In this document: positions 22,025-32,880 of the stretch, in pieces
How positions within the stretch are numbered: the stretch's first letter is position 1
Layout of the letters: each line of letters opens with the position of its first letter
Assembly: GCA_963665115.1 (NCBI GenBank)
Contig: OY762007.1
Span: 6,240,001 to 6,304,000 of the forward strand
Source: an uncultured Rivularia sp.
GTDB taxonomy: Bacteria > Cyanobacteriota > Cyanobacteriia > Cyanobacteriales > Nostocaceae
Direction: 5' to 3'
DNA: 64,000 bases
The notes under the pieces: model-generated
Database searches by the model: none
Told to the model about the DNA's origin: nothing
Seen by the model: only the letters and a program-made list of their open reading frames with translations
Translations under genes and position numbers: made by a program

Positions 22025-23152
22025 TTAGCTATAACCTAAAGGTAAAGAACCAATAGAATCTTCTAATCTAGAAATATGCTCGGTATTCCCCACATAAATA
22101 CCCAAAGATTGCGCCGTTTTCACCAAAAAATTATCGGGTTTTACCAGCGACGGACTTTTAGCTATAACCTTTTCTAAAGGTACTGCTACTACTTCTCCAT
22201 TTTGCCAAGCCAACATTTTTGCAGTTTCTCCGTTAGCAATCAAATCAACAGCAGCTTTACCAAAAGCACTTGCCAACAATCTATCCCCAGCAGAAGGAAT
22301 ACCCCCTCGTTGAATATGTCCCAATACTGAAACTCTAATATCTAACTGATTGTGGGAACAGTTGCGAATTTCATCAGCAATATATTGTCCCATGCCGCAG
22401 GATGGTTTTGCTGTTTCACATTTAGGATAACAACAACTATCTTTAGCTATTCGAGCGCCTTCTGCAACAACTACAATTCCAAATCTGCGTCCCCAATTAT
22501 CTCGTAATTCTCGCAAGTGGGAACAAGCACCCTTAATTGAATAAGGTATTTCCGGAATCAAAATACAGTCAGCCCCTCCAGCTATTCCAGCCTGAAGTGC
22601 TAGATGTCCCGCACTCCTTCCCATTACTTCCACAATCATTACCCTATCGTGACTTGCAGCAGTAAAAGTTAAGCGGTTCAAAGCGTCAACAACTGTATTT
22701 AAAGCAGTATCAAAGCCTACTACTTTCTCTGTAAATGCAACATCATTATCAATTGTTTTGGGAATTGCAACAAACTGCCAATTTCCTTTATCCCGTAATT
22801 CATCAAGAATCGTTAAACTACCATCTCCCCCAATACCAATTAAAGCATCTAATTCTAATGCATTGTAACCAGCGATTATTTCATCAATATGAGCCAAAGT
22901 ATCGCCTTTATTAATGCTACCAAGAATAGTACCTCCCATATTTAACAAAGGATTCATACCTCGTAAATCCATACCGTGTACGGTCAAAGGAATAGCTTTT
23001 TTTTCTAACAACCCCGTTGTCGCATAGGGAATACCAAAAACTTGCCAATCATAAGTTACAATCGCATGGCTAACTACTGCTCGAATTGCAGCATTAAGTC
23101 CGGGACAATCACCACCACTTGTCAAGATACCGAGACGTTTTTGAGTTTTCAT
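22025..23152 (-). CDS. pfkA: 6-phosphofructokinase (PfkA family)
   Basis: TSGGDCPGLN, GGTILG, GGDGS, PKTIDND, EVMGR, LGHIQRGG. Confidence 0.95.
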   Translation of the reverse strand: MKTQKRLGILTSGGDCPGLNAAIRAVVSHAIVTYDWQVFGIPYATTGLLEKKAIPLTVHGMDLRGMNPLLNMGGTILGSINKGDTLAHIDEIIAGYNALELDALIGIGGDGSLTILDELRDKGNWQFVAIPKTIDNDVAFTEKVVGFDTALNTVVDALNRLTFTAASHDRVMIVEVMGRSAGHLALQAGIAGGADCILIPEIPYSIKGACSHLRELRDNWGRRFGIVVVAEGARIAKDSCCYPKCETAKPSCGMGQYIADEIRNCSHNQLDIRVSVLGHIQRGGIPSAGDRLLASAFGKAAVDLIANGETAKMLAWQNGEVVAVPLEKVIAKSPSLVKPDNFLVKTAQSLGIYVGNTEHISRLEDSIGSLPLGYS

Positions 23153-23163
23153 TGCAGTTTACC

Positions 23164-23361
23164 TTAAATAGTTCTATCTAACCAATCAAAAATCTGCTCC
23201 AACTGGCTTAAATCAACTAATCCATATTGCCAGAGAAGCATCAGTAATAACACTGATGAATTTTGTCGTAAATTTTGCAATCCCAACTCTATACTATCTT
23301 TGGAGATAGCCAAATCTGCTTGTAAAAAATTGAGGAATTTAATTAATTTTAGCTTAGACAT
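23164..23361 (-). CDS. DUF2949-family small protein
   Basis: FLQADLAIS..LWQYGLVDLSQLEQIFDWL. Confidence 0.85.
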   Translation of the reverse strand: MSKLKLIKFLNFLQADLAISKDSIELGLQNLRQNSSVLLLMLLWQYGLVDLSQLEQIFDWLDRTI

Positions 23362-23408
23362 AATTTACACCCTCACGAAACCCTAATTGTCAGACTAAAG
23401 AGAAAATT

Positions 23409-23423
23409 TGAGAAACTTGTGAG
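23409..23423 (-). promoter_or_regulatory. Regulon box 8 (CTCACAAGTTTCTCA-N11-TAGTCT), toward the DUF2949-pfkA operon
   Basis: Consensus motif and spacing. Confidence 0.85.
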
Positions 23424-23436
23424 GATTTGGTGGAAA

Positions 23437-24333
23437 TCAATCTTTAATCATGCTTTGATTGCGAGGATTGGCTAATATTAAAAACAGCAAAGCGCCAAGA
23501 CCAAAAATATTTATTACCGACATCATTAGTCCACCTAATAATGGAATTAAACCGATTAAACCTAAAATCAGCATTCCTAAAAGAAATTGTTGTACCGTTG
23601 ATTTCTCCCTATGTCTCATAGCTTGCTCTCCCAACCACATCGCTACACCCAGAGTTCCAAGTATGACTGCAATATAGCTCATGAAGCCAACTACAGGTAA
23701 TAACGGGATGCCAATTAAGGTAAGTGTTAGCAAAATAACTAATACGATTATGCTAAGCAAACCGCACAAACCCCACAACCCGCTTTGTAAAGGATATCGA
23801 TTAAGAGCAATTGCTATCGAGTGTAAAAAATTGGGTCGCCACTTGATAATTAAAACACCAAAAATAGCGCCTACAATGATTTTAAAAATATGAAAAGCAC
23901 TACCGAAGAAATAGCGAACTAAAAAGCTATTGATTCCTCTTCTTTTAGTACCGTAAACTCCCCATCCGCTCAAAGTACCAGAAGAGCCAGTAATAGTTGC
24001 TCCTTCCTCTGTTATAACTTCACCAGCTACCGCATAGGCATCACCATCAACACGGGCATTTTTTTGTAGAATTACATCCCCATCAATGGCGATCGCCGTT
24101 TGTCTGACTCTGGCACCTTCTTCAATAGTGACATCTCCTCCAATAGCGTGAGCGTTGTCCACAACTGTATTTTTAGGAATTCTGACATCACCACCCAATC
24201 GAATAATATTATCGTTGTTAATATCAATATCTGCTTGTGCTAAAGCTATTGTTGAAAATATTGGTGCAAATAAAATAGCGCTCAAGATTGATATTAATAT
24301 CAGTTTTAACCAGCTTTTTCTTAAGTATTTCAT
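23437..24333 (-). CDS. Membrane protein with bactofilin-like GGDV repeats
   Basis: Repeated GGDV/DGDV/AGEV followed by several TMs, IGIPL. Confidence 0.75.
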   Translation of the reverse strand: MKYLRKSWLKLILISILSAILFAPIFSTIALAQADIDINNDNIIRLGGDVRIPKNTVVDNAHAIGGDVTIEEGARVRQTAIAIDGDVILQKNARVDGDAYAVAGEVITEEGATITGSSGTLSGWGVYGTKRRGINSFLVRYFFGSAFHIFKIIVGAIFGVLIIKWRPNFLHSIAIALNRYPLQSGLWGLCGLLSIIVLVILLTLTLIGIPLLPVVGFMSYIAVILGTLGVAMWLGEQAMRHREKSTVQQFLLGMLILGLIGLIPLLGGLMMSVINIFGLGALLFLILANPRNQSMIKD

Positions 24334-24391
24334 GACTGATTCCTTATCATTAGTTGAATATTTTTAAACTTGTGTTTGTAAACCTGTAAAA

Positions 24392-26870
24392 TCAAATAAC
24401 CGTAAATGCCGACGCTACAAAGTCAAATATTAGCTTGTGCCGTACTTGTGGAAAGCCGCTGTAAATTTTAGATTTGGACAGTGGTAAAATAAATTTCTTA
24501 GTAACAATAGTTGGATCTTTCATTGCCATTGGAGCGCTCATCATTGCATCTGTTCGCTTTTTAATATTGCCTTCTAACTGCGAAGGTAAACCATTAGCAT
24601 AGTCTCTGAGGGTTATTTCAATCGCTTTTGTTGAATTCGCAGACAAAGTTAAAGATATTCCCTCTGATGGCAAATTGTGATAAATAAAATTCAAAGAGCG
24701 TTGATTTTGAGTTAATCCACTTAAATCTAATAATTTACCGTTAATGCTCGCGCTTAGTATCTCTTCTGCTACCTTTACTTGAACTTGAATATTATCTGCT
24801 TGTCTGGGAGAATTGATTTTTAACTGCAATTTTCTATTGTTACCTTTAGCGATATCCTCAATAATTTCGATATTCGGCGATGCTAAAGTTACTTTTGGTG
24901 CTGATGCTTTCCAACCCGAAGTTTTCGAGAAGGGAGATATTTCAACTTGACTTTTAGCTGTACCATCTGTAAAAAATTGCGATGTCCATTGATCGAGATT
25001 TTTATCGCCACTTATCCAAAAAGATTTATCGGTATCAGCATCTAAGAGGTAAGCAATGCTATTGGTTTTAGGATATTTGGCATCAAAGCCGGAGTTAACA
25101 GTTGCTACCCCAATTAATAAAAAGCTGACAAAAATTGCAATTCCGGGTATTAGCCAGCGTCGGTAAATTTTTCTTTGAGAAAATCCGTTTCTAAGTAAAA
25201 CGAAATGTGGCAGCATTAAACCAAATAGCAAAGCAGTAAATACCATCGGTAAAGTTGTAAACGGTATATTTGTCAGCGCTTCAAAGCGGTTCATTAAAGA
25301 AGCAAAGTGATAAACTTGATTGGGAATAAGCAAAATAATCCCCGGTATGGCAGTAATAGAAAAGATAATAACTTGCTGCCAAGAATTAGAAATTTGCTTG
25401 CTAGTTAAAAATATCCAGCCCAATCCTAAAAGCGTGAAAAATAATGGTAGCGTAAATAAATAGCTAGCACCGGGCATTAATAAACTAGTTAGCACCATCA
25501 AAGTTGCCCATACAAATATTGCACCGAAGAAAAGATCGTGCAGGTGAAATTTAGTTAACAGCCAAGTATAAAATGCACTCATTACCGCAATAGTTAGGGC
25601 AATAAAAGCAGCATGGTAAATATCGCTATAATAATAACCGATGATAAATATTTGTAAGTTGGGATTTAAAATTTTGACAAGCCACCATACCAAGTTGACT
25701 ATTACAACAGCACTAACAATACTCAACACAAAAGCCACTACCGAAAAACTAATTCCTTTGAGAGTTAATTGCTTGCGTTGAATACCAAGGATGACAACTG
25801 CAATCAAAAGTAATCCTGTAATTATCATTTGTGGAATTACCCAAGCTTGAGAATAGTAAACAACTACTCCCGGCAGAATATTAAAATAAACTGCATCCGT
25901 ATCGGCAGTAATATTGCTTAAATTAATGTTGCCAAAGTGACGAGCTAGCCCTAATGCATAAGAGCCTTGATGCTGAATGCTGCGCGGATCTATTACCTCT
26001 ACGCTGTCGCGATCGGTATGATAAGCAGGTGTATCGGCACCATAGAAAAAACCAAGCCCAGCGCTACCGACATCCATGTATTCTTCTAAATCACAACCAA
26101 GACGCTGTGCGGAAAATAAATTGAGAAATGATGAGAAGAAAGAAGAAGTAAAAGGATACGGTACCGCTTTAACAAACTCCTTTATTAAGGTATTGTTATT
26201 TTCACTGGTGCTGTATAACAAGCTCGCACCACCACTACCCATTGCCTCAAAGTTAATTGCCAAACGGATATCCTTTGCCCAAGGATGTTCCTTAACAAAT
26301 GCCCGCGCTCCTAAATCACCGTTTTCTTCACCATCGGTAAATACGATTAGGACATCATTTTTAAGAGACGATTCATTTTTAAGTATCCGCGCCGTTTCCA
26401 CCAGAGTTACAACACAGGAAACCGCAATCGCTAGCACCCGGAGCAGTTGCACCAGAATCGTAGTGTGCGTTGAGTGCAATTGCTCCGCTGCTATTACTAC
26501 CTTCGAGTCGAGCGATAACGTTATATACGGTACCAGACTCGAAAACCTGAGAACCGGGAAAGCGTTGTACGGCAGTAGTTTTTTGTACAGTTGGCTGCAA
26601 ACCAATTGCAGTTAACTCCCGAACTAAATATTCCCGTGCTGCAACATTACCAGTAGAACCCATCGGACGAGGTTTTTGAGCAATGACTTCCAAATGTTGC
26701 ATTGCTCTTTGAGCCGAAAACTCCCTCAGTGGCGCACTAGCTGGGATAACAGCAGGAGGAATTAACTGCCATAAAGCAACAACAACACTTAGCAAAAGTA
26801 TCAGCAGCAAAAACAAACTTTTACTCAAGCTAATTTGCTCAACTGACCGAGATAAGCTCAATTTCATCAC
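24392..26870 (-). CDS. M28-family membrane aminopeptidase, split by a +1 frameshift at ~26420
   Basis: AHYDS, GASD, DGEE, YHT; frames join as ASDCGSCVVTL. Confidence 0.85.
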
Positions 26871-26928
26871 ATCATTTTGGTAGAAATGTCTAATAAAGAG
26901 ATATGGGATCTGGAGATGGAGTAGATAA

Positions 26929-27004
26929 TTCCTAACTCCTCATTCCTAACTCCTAATTCCCCTACTGATAACTGCTCACTGTTAACTGTTAACTGTTAAC
27001 TGTT
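26929..27004. repeat. STRR heptamer tract (TCCTAAC, ACTGTTA)
   Basis: Tandem heptamers. Confidence 0.75.
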
Positions 27005-27631
27005 TTACCCACTACACCAAGTATCGAGCATCCGAGTTTCCATAGCTTCTGGGAATTCTTCACAGTATTCTTCAAAGGCAGTTTTAGAAACTCTCTTGGC
27101 TTCTTGATGTGCTAACTCAGCTTGCAACTCGTCAACAATATCCCAAGCAACAGCGCACTCTTCGGAACGAGGAGAGGTTTCGCTGCAAGCAATGCGGGCT
27201 TTTTTAATTGCATCTTGAAGCTCTTGTTCTAATACAGTAACCCGAGGTAATTCAATAAACTTGCTTTCATTAATGATATCGACAAGCGAAATGATACCCA
27301 TTAATTCTCCTTGAATTACGGGTGCCCTGAGCAAACGATGTTGGGCAAATAATCGCGCTACAAATTCCACACCTAAGTCGGGATTTACTACTATACAAGG
27401 CTTACTCATGATTTCGTACACGCGCACTTTGGCTGGATCTTTACCAAAAGCGATTACTTTATAAACTATGTCTGCTTCGGTAATAATTCCGTAGGCATCT
27501 TGGTCGTGACGACGCTCTACAATTAATGCGTGCCATCCCCTCGCTTGCATTAACTTAACTGCTTCTGCCACAGTTGCGGAACTGCGAACGGTAGCAACAT
27601 CTGTAGTCATAATGTCTGCTGCTCTCAACAT
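27005..27631 (-). CDS. CBS-CP12 fusion protein
   Basis: CBS pair plus C..CAVAWDIVDELQAE and FEEYCEEFPEA. Confidence 0.92.
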   Translation of the reverse strand: MLRAADIMTTDVATVRSSATVAEAVKLMQARGWHALIVERRHDQDAYGIITEADIVYKVIAFGKDPAKVRVYEIMSKPCIVVNPDLGVEFVARLFAQHRLLRAPVIQGELMGIISLVDIINESKFIELPRVTVLEQELQDAIKKARIACSETSPRSEECAVAWDIVDELQAELAHQEAKRVSKTAFEEYCEEFPEAMETRMLDTWCSG

Positions 27632-27652
27632 AATCCACCTCCGTGGTATTTT

Positions 27653-28327
27653 TTAATAATGATGATGTCTAAGACGCGGTTTTAACAGCCAAACCAGAAA
27701 GATACCCGTAATCGAACTAATGACAATCCCCATTACCCCACCCGTTGCGATCGCAATTAAAGATGCATGAATATTAAAGAAGGGTGTCTCAATTCCCGCA
27801 CCAATAAAAGCTACTACAATACCCAAAGACCAAGCTAAAGCATTGGCAAATACCCACCAAATTGCTTGTTTGCTTACTGTTTTAAGAATCAGCCATTGAG
27901 CGTATCCGATTACTGTTCCGACAGCAGCACCTAATAAAGCAACTTCCTCTATTAATGTTGTAATCTTCTGATGGAGATTAGCAGCATAAAAAAGTCCAAT
28001 CACAGCGCTTACCGTCAATCCCGTAAACCAAGATATAAGCACTCCGGCTGTTGTCAACAAAATCCAGTAACCTGCATTTCGGATATGGCGACGTAAAACT
28101 AACCATTGAGCAAATCCTAATAAAAGCCCTTCTAAAGTTCCTAGTAACAGCAAAATTTGGTATATATTTTCAATGCCAAACTTATCGATTGCTTGACTCA
28201 GATAAACTGCTACGAACCAGCCTATAATTTGAGCGATGGTCGAAGCTATTACCCATCTTTCCCATAGTTTCAAGCTGTTGTTTTCTTTAAGTCGATAATG
28301 CTTGTGCATGATATTGTGCATCCACAA
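27653..28327 (-). CDS. Hypothetical membrane protein with duplicated AQWL repeat
   Basis: GFAQWLVLRR / GYAQWLILK, multiple TMs. Confidence 0.75.
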   Translation of the reverse strand: MWMHNIMHKHYRLKENNSLKLWERWVIASTIAQIIGWFVAVYLSQAIDKFGIENIYQILLLLGTLEGLLLGFAQWLVLRRHIRNAGYWILLTTAGVLISWFTGLTVSAVIGLFYAANLHQKITTLIEEVALLGAAVGTVIGYAQWLILKTVSKQAIWWVFANALAWSLGIVVAFIGAGIETPFFNIHASLIAIATGGVMGIVISSITGIFLVWLLKPRLRHHHY

Positions 28328-28429
28328 AAATTTGCTGTTACCTTTGGAAGTTGAAAATTAAACTTTTATTGGTTTTATTTGCGGGTTTAATCCTCCTAAT
28401 TGCTATATTTTGGTTATATATGAATAATT

Positions 28430-28444
28430 TGAGGAACTTGTGAG
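28430..28444 (-). promoter_or_regulatory. Regulon box 9 (CTCACAAGTTCCTCA-N11-TATAAC)
   Basis: Consensus motif and spacing. Confidence 0.85.
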
Positions 28445-28468
28445 CGTCCGATTCACTATGAACCGAAA

Positions 28469-30040
28469 TTACGAATTAGTAATTATTCCGTCAAATTTCC
28501 ATGAATGCAGAGCGCGTAATTGAGATGTTTTTTTCGATTGATGTTCCTGCATTCTTTTCAGCACATCATCTAATACTGTGACGGCTTGAGCTTGGTAACG
28601 TCCTTTATTTAACATTACGCATTCCGCCCTTTCAGCCATTGCTGCATCGGTCATTTCAGCGCGAGAGGGAACTCCTTTTTTTACAAATTGCTCTAGAACT
28701 TGTGTAGCCCAAATTACTGGAACATGAGCGGCTTCACATAGCCAAAGTATTTCCTCTTGCATTTCTGCTAGTCGCTGATAACCAATTTCTACCGCTAAAT
28801 CCCCGCGAGCAATCATCACCCCGAAAGGTTGTTTACCCGCAGCACGGATAATTAATTCGGGAAGATTTTTTATCGCTTGGGGAGTTTCAATTTTTGCTAC
28901 CAATGCGATTTCATCATGCGAACGTTTATGCTTACGAGCTTCTAACTCTTGCTGCAAAACTTCAATATCTGCAACCTCTTGCACAAAGGAATATCCAACA
29001 ATATCCGCATGGGTAACAATAAAGTCCAAATCTTCTCTATCCTTATCCGTAAGCGGACTCAATTTGAGCGAAGTATCTGGAAAATTTATTCCTTTGTCGG
29101 CAGAAATTTTTTCCCCTTTGTCCCTAGCATGAGTAATTTTTATTACTACTCCTTGGGGCATCAAACATTCAACATAGCCACCAATACGTCCATCATCAAT
29201 CCAAATACTGGCTCCTATTTCCAACTTATCAATAATTGACGGAATAGTAATTGTTGCTTGCCAAGATCCAGGAGTTTCAAAATTAGAGCCATTTTGCGAT
29301 TCTAAATCGGGTAATTCACGTCTTAGAAGTAAAGAATCTCCGGGAAATATATGCTTATACCTATAAGGAGCAATAACACGCTCAATCCGAGGTTTTGATC
29401 CAGCTAAATCCATCATAATTTTACAACGCTGTCCGGTTTGGGCTTCTGCTCGACGGACATGAGAAATTATTGCTTCCCAGGTTTGTGGTGAGTCATGAGC
29501 GCAGTTAATTCGCACGCAGTTTGTACCTTTATGCAGCAAATCTTGAATATTTTTGTAATTGAGAGAGGTGGTTGAAGGTAATGTCGCCATGATTCTTACC
29601 CACCGTTGATTGTTGATTGTCCCTAAAACATCTTCTGTATGATGTCTGAGAAGATATTCTCCTTCTAAAAAAGAATGTATTGAAGGACGACTTGGCAGAG
29701 AATTCGGTTCTGAAGAGCAAATAGCACCCAAAGTAGAAATTACTGCGTCTAAATTGGGTAATACTCTTGCTTCTATTCTACCCAGAGATGACAATCCCCA
29801 AGGTGTTAAGGCTGCTTGTAAACTACGTAAATCGTGATGCCTTAAAGCTAGATAATACGCTAGATTTTCAGCACTTTTGATAAAAGAATCTCGTTGAATA
29901 TCGGGTTTCCATTGGGAAAAGATTTCTTGTCCTTCTTGATATACCGATTGACGAATAGCTTGAAGCGTAGCAAGCAATACTTGAGGGTCATCTAAATCTC
30001 TAGATTGAGTTTCAACACCATGATTTTGGACGCTTAACAT
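28469..30040 (-). CDS. pyk: Pyruvate kinase (divergent type with N-terminal extension)
   Basis: RINCAH, IDDG, KGIN, AKIET, MIARGDL, ATQ, MLNKG. Confidence 0.88.
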   Translation of the reverse strand: MLSVQNHGVETQSRDLDDPQVLLATLQAIRQSVYQEGQEIFSQWKPDIQRDSFIKSAENLAYYLALRHHDLRSLQAALTPWGLSSLGRIEARVLPNLDAVISTLGAICSSEPNSLPSRPSIHSFLEGEYLLRHHTEDVLGTINNQRWVRIMATLPSTTSLNYKNIQDLLHKGTNCVRINCAHDSPQTWEAIISHVRRAEAQTGQRCKIMMDLAGSKPRIERVIAPYRYKHIFPGDSLLLRRELPDLESQNGSNFETPGSWQATITIPSIIDKLEIGASIWIDDGRIGGYVECLMPQGVVIKITHARDKGEKISADKGINFPDTSLKLSPLTDKDREDLDFIVTHADIVGYSFVQEVADIEVLQQELEARKHKRSHDEIALVAKIETPQAIKNLPELIIRAAGKQPFGVMIARGDLAVEIGYQRLAEMQEEILWLCEAAHVPVIWATQVLEQFVKKGVPSRAEMTDAAMAERAECVMLNKGRYQAQAVTVLDDVLKRMQEHQSKKTSQLRALHSWKFDGIITNS

Positions 30041-30090
30041 TTCTACTATCTCCCAATACTTTTGCTCTTTTTATTTATAGAGAATAAATT

Positions 30091-30105
30091 TGAGAAACTT
30101 GTGAG
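30091..30105 (-). promoter_or_regulatory. Regulon box 10 (CTCACAAGTTTCTCA-N11-TATAAA), toward pyk
   Basis: Consensus motif and spacing. Confidence 0.88.
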
Positions 30106-30422
30106 GTCACACTCCAGAAACAAATCATTTGACCCATATTGTTTTACAATAAACTATACTTCCTGGCAGTAGGCATTCTATATTTTTGACTCGGAATCAA
30201 ATGCCGAAATAAAAATAGATTTACTTAACCAAGCCCAAAAATCAAATTATCGGCAGGACAATTCAGGGAGCAATGCGATTTTGTGAAAACGAGTGCGAGC
30301 GCCATACCTACACTTAGAGTTAAAACAAAAAAAGTACATTAAACCGTTGCTAAGTAATTACACTATGTTCTCATAAATACAGGTCAAAGGTTAAGGTTTA
30401 ATTACCAATTACCATTCATAAA

Positions 30423-31700
30423 ATGCTGAACAGGAAGTTAACAAGCAACAGATTAAAACAAATTTTTTCTGGTCAATATATCCGTAACGTTGCTTGGCTT
30501 GGTGGAGCAGAATTAGCTTCGGGAGTCTTCCGCTTGGGGACAACGATTACTTTAGCTCGTATGTTCAGCCGGGAAGACTATGGGTTGATGTCAATTATTT
30601 ATACTGTTTTTGAGTTTGCCAATGTCTTTACGCTTAGGGGTAAAATTAAAGCCAAAATAATTCAAGCTGACGAAAAAGATGTCAAAACGATATGCAACAC
30701 ATCGTATTGGTTAAATTGGATTTTGTGCGGGTCTATTTTTCTTATTCAATGTCTTGCAGCTTCTTCTATTGCTAATTTTTATGGAAAACAACAATTAGTT
30801 TTACCAATTTGTGTAGCAGCGATAACATACTTGATGTTTCCATTGTACATGGTTAATTTAGCCATAATTGAACGAAAAAATCGCTTGAAAATTACAGCAC
30901 TTTGCAACGCCGTTCAGTCACTTGCCAGCAATACAATCACGGTTATCCTTGCCATTTTAGGTATGGGAATATGGTCAATAGTTTGGGCTATGGTTCTCAC
31001 AACTCCAGCATGGATTATCATCACCTGGAGAAATCATAATTGGCGACCACCTAAATATTTTTCTTTAGAGGGGTGGCGAAGTATTGCTGGTTTTGGAGGT
31101 AATTTACTGGGTGTCGACTTATTAAATAAGCTAAGAGGAAATATTGATTACCTTATAATAGAAAGATTTTTGGGAATTGAAGCATTAGGCATTTATTATT
31201 TTGCTTTTAATGCTGGATCGGCAATAAGCATGAATGTATTTAAAACATTTAATTCAGCTTTATTTCCTTATTTATGCGAAACAAGAGATAACATAACTCT
31301 ACTTAGACAAAGATTTTTTAGCAGTCTCAAAACAACTTGCATCTTTATATTTCCACTAATTATTTTGCAAGCTAGTTTAGCTCCATTTTATGTACCAATT
31401 ATCTTTGGAGAAAAATGGATATCTGCAATTCCAATCTTGGTAATAATTTGTCTCTCCAGATTACTTGTACCAATTAATAGTGCCGTTTATCACTTATTAA
31501 ATGCTGTAGGTAAACCTCATATAAATCTGTATTGGAGGATTATCGAAACTTTGACATTTACAATATTAGCTTTATTTGTTGTGAAATCGGGAATTTTAGC
31601 GGTGGCGATATTAGTCACTACTTTCCAATTTGCTACCGTAACGGGATTTAGTATTTGGGTTACGCAATACATACTGAAATCAAAGCATAATTATCATTAA
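30423..31700 (+). CDS. Wzx-type polysaccharide flippase
   Basis: Multi-TM; LARMF..DYG, LGIYYFAFN, FGEKW. Confidence 0.85.
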   Translation: MLNRKLTSNRLKQIFSGQYIRNVAWLGGAELASGVFRLGTTITLARMFSREDYGLMSIIYTVFEFANVFTLRGKIKAKIIQADEKDVKTICNTSYWLNWILCGSIFLIQCLAASSIANFYGKQQLVLPICVAAITYLMFPLYMVNLAIIERKNRLKITALCNAVQSLASNTITVILAILGMGIWSIVWAMVLTTPAWIIITWRNHNWRPPKYFSLEGWRSIAGFGGNLLGVDLLNKLRGNIDYLIIERFLGIEALGIYYFAFNAGSAISMNVFKTFNSALFPYLCETRDNITLLRQRFFSSLKTTCIFIFPLIILQASLAPFYVPIIFGEKWISAIPILVIICLSRLLVPINSAVYHLLNAVGKPHINLYWRIIETLTFTILALFVVKSGILAVAILVTTFQFATVTGFSIWVTQYILKSKHNYH

Positions 31701-31840
31701 TCAATCTTTATTTATGAATTAATCTTAAAAAAATTGCTTAGTGCGTGACGCTACAAACCTTTTAAATAACAACAAAATTTGTTAAAGCGTCACATACCCT
31801 ACAAAAAAATAGCGTTGACAATCCCCTGTCCCCCGAATTT

Positions 31841-32374
31841 CTAGCTGTATAAAGCATCATATTTACACCAATCGATTGCCTCTGGTAACTCTTGGCTATA
31901 TTCTTCAAAGCCTGTTTTAGAAATTTTCTTAGCAACGCGGGCTTTTTTTATTGCAACAGTAAGTTCTTGTTCTAATAGTGCAACCCGAGGTAATTCAAGA
32001 AATTTACTTTCATTGATGATATCAATAAGCGAAATGATGCCCATTAATTCTCCTTGAATCACGGGTGCCCTGAGTAAATGATGTTCGGCAAACAACCGCG
32101 CCACATATTCTACATCTAAATCGGGATTGACTACTATACAGGGTTTGCTCATAACTTCGTAAACGCGCACTCTGGCTGGATCTTTACCAAGAGCAATTAC
32201 TTTGTAAACTATATCTGAAAAGGTGATAATCCCGTAGGCATCTTGGTTGTGACGACGTTCTACAATTAATGCGTGCCAACAAGAGGTTTGCATTAATTTA
32301 ACTGCTTCTGCCACAGTTGCGGAACTGCTAATAGTGGCAACATCTGTAGTCATAATGTCTGCTGCTTTTAACAT
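31841..32374 (-). CDS. CBS-domain protein, paralogue of 27005-27631 lacking the CP12 core
   Basis: Near-identical CBS pair; 30-aa in-frame deletion of the Cys pair and AWD segment. Confidence 0.9.
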   Translation of the reverse strand: MLKAADIMTTDVATISSSATVAEAVKLMQTSCWHALIVERRHNQDAYGIITFSDIVYKVIALGKDPARVRVYEVMSKPCIVVNPDLDVEYVARLFAEHHLLRAPVIQGELMGIISLIDIINESKFLELPRVALLEQELTVAIKKARVAKKISKTGFEEYSQELPEAIDWCKYDALYS

Positions 32375-32436
32375 AATTCACCTCCGTGGCATATAAAATG
32401 ATTTCTGAATTTATTTTTATTTATAGAAAATAAATT

Positions 32437-32451
32437 TGAGAAACTTGTGAG
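32437..32451 (-). promoter_or_regulatory. Regulon box 11 (CTCACAAGTTTCTCA-N11-TATAAA)
   Basis: Consensus motif and spacing. Confidence 0.88.
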
Positions 32452-32470
32452 GTGGTTTTATCTCGATATG

Positions 32471-32485
32471 CTCACAAGTTCCTCA
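32471..32485 (+). promoter_or_regulatory. Regulon box 12 (CTCACAAGTTCCTCA-N11-TACAAC), toward pflB
   Basis: Consensus motif; back-to-back with box 11. Confidence 0.85.
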
Positions 32486-32568
32486 TCTTTTTTATTTACA
32501 ACGGAATTGTAGAAGAATGCAGGAGTAAGTATAATTCGTAATTCGTAATTCGTAATTCGTAATTAGGT

Positions 32569-32698
32569 TAAGTAGGTGGGTGGGAAAATTTATAACTATG
32601 TCATTGCGAGTGGAACGGAGTGAAACGAAGCAATCACAAGCACTTCAATAGTTTTACATTCTGTTACATAGTTTTGTTTATTCTAGCCTACCTACTTA
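32569..32698. mobile_element. MITE-like element next to an (AATTCGT)4 tract in the pflB leader
   Basis: TAAGTAGGT...ACCTACTTA termini; internal GTCATTGCGAGTGGAACG shared (inverted) with the 54863 element. Confidence 0.7.
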
Positions 32699-32880
32699 CA
32701 AGCGTCCGATTGAGGACGAGTTATAAACAACTTTTTTAATTAACCGTCCTCTTTTTGAATGCAGGAAGCCGCACATTTTGCTTTTCCAGAAACCCTGGGT
32801 ATCGTCGCAATGAGAAAATGTGCATCTGTATAAATTTGACTTATTACTCGGCAATTAAACACTTAGATACCAGAGTCAAA

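Noticed and set aside
23370..23386. CTCACGAAACCCTAA and other half-sites (about 2665, 9696, 44510) as additional boxes
   Set aside because: Second half-site or the TA spacing is missing; not counted
26076..26615. Antisense ORFs within long genes (this one, 49708-50112, 40691-40969 and others)
   Set aside because: Shadow frames of well-supported genes
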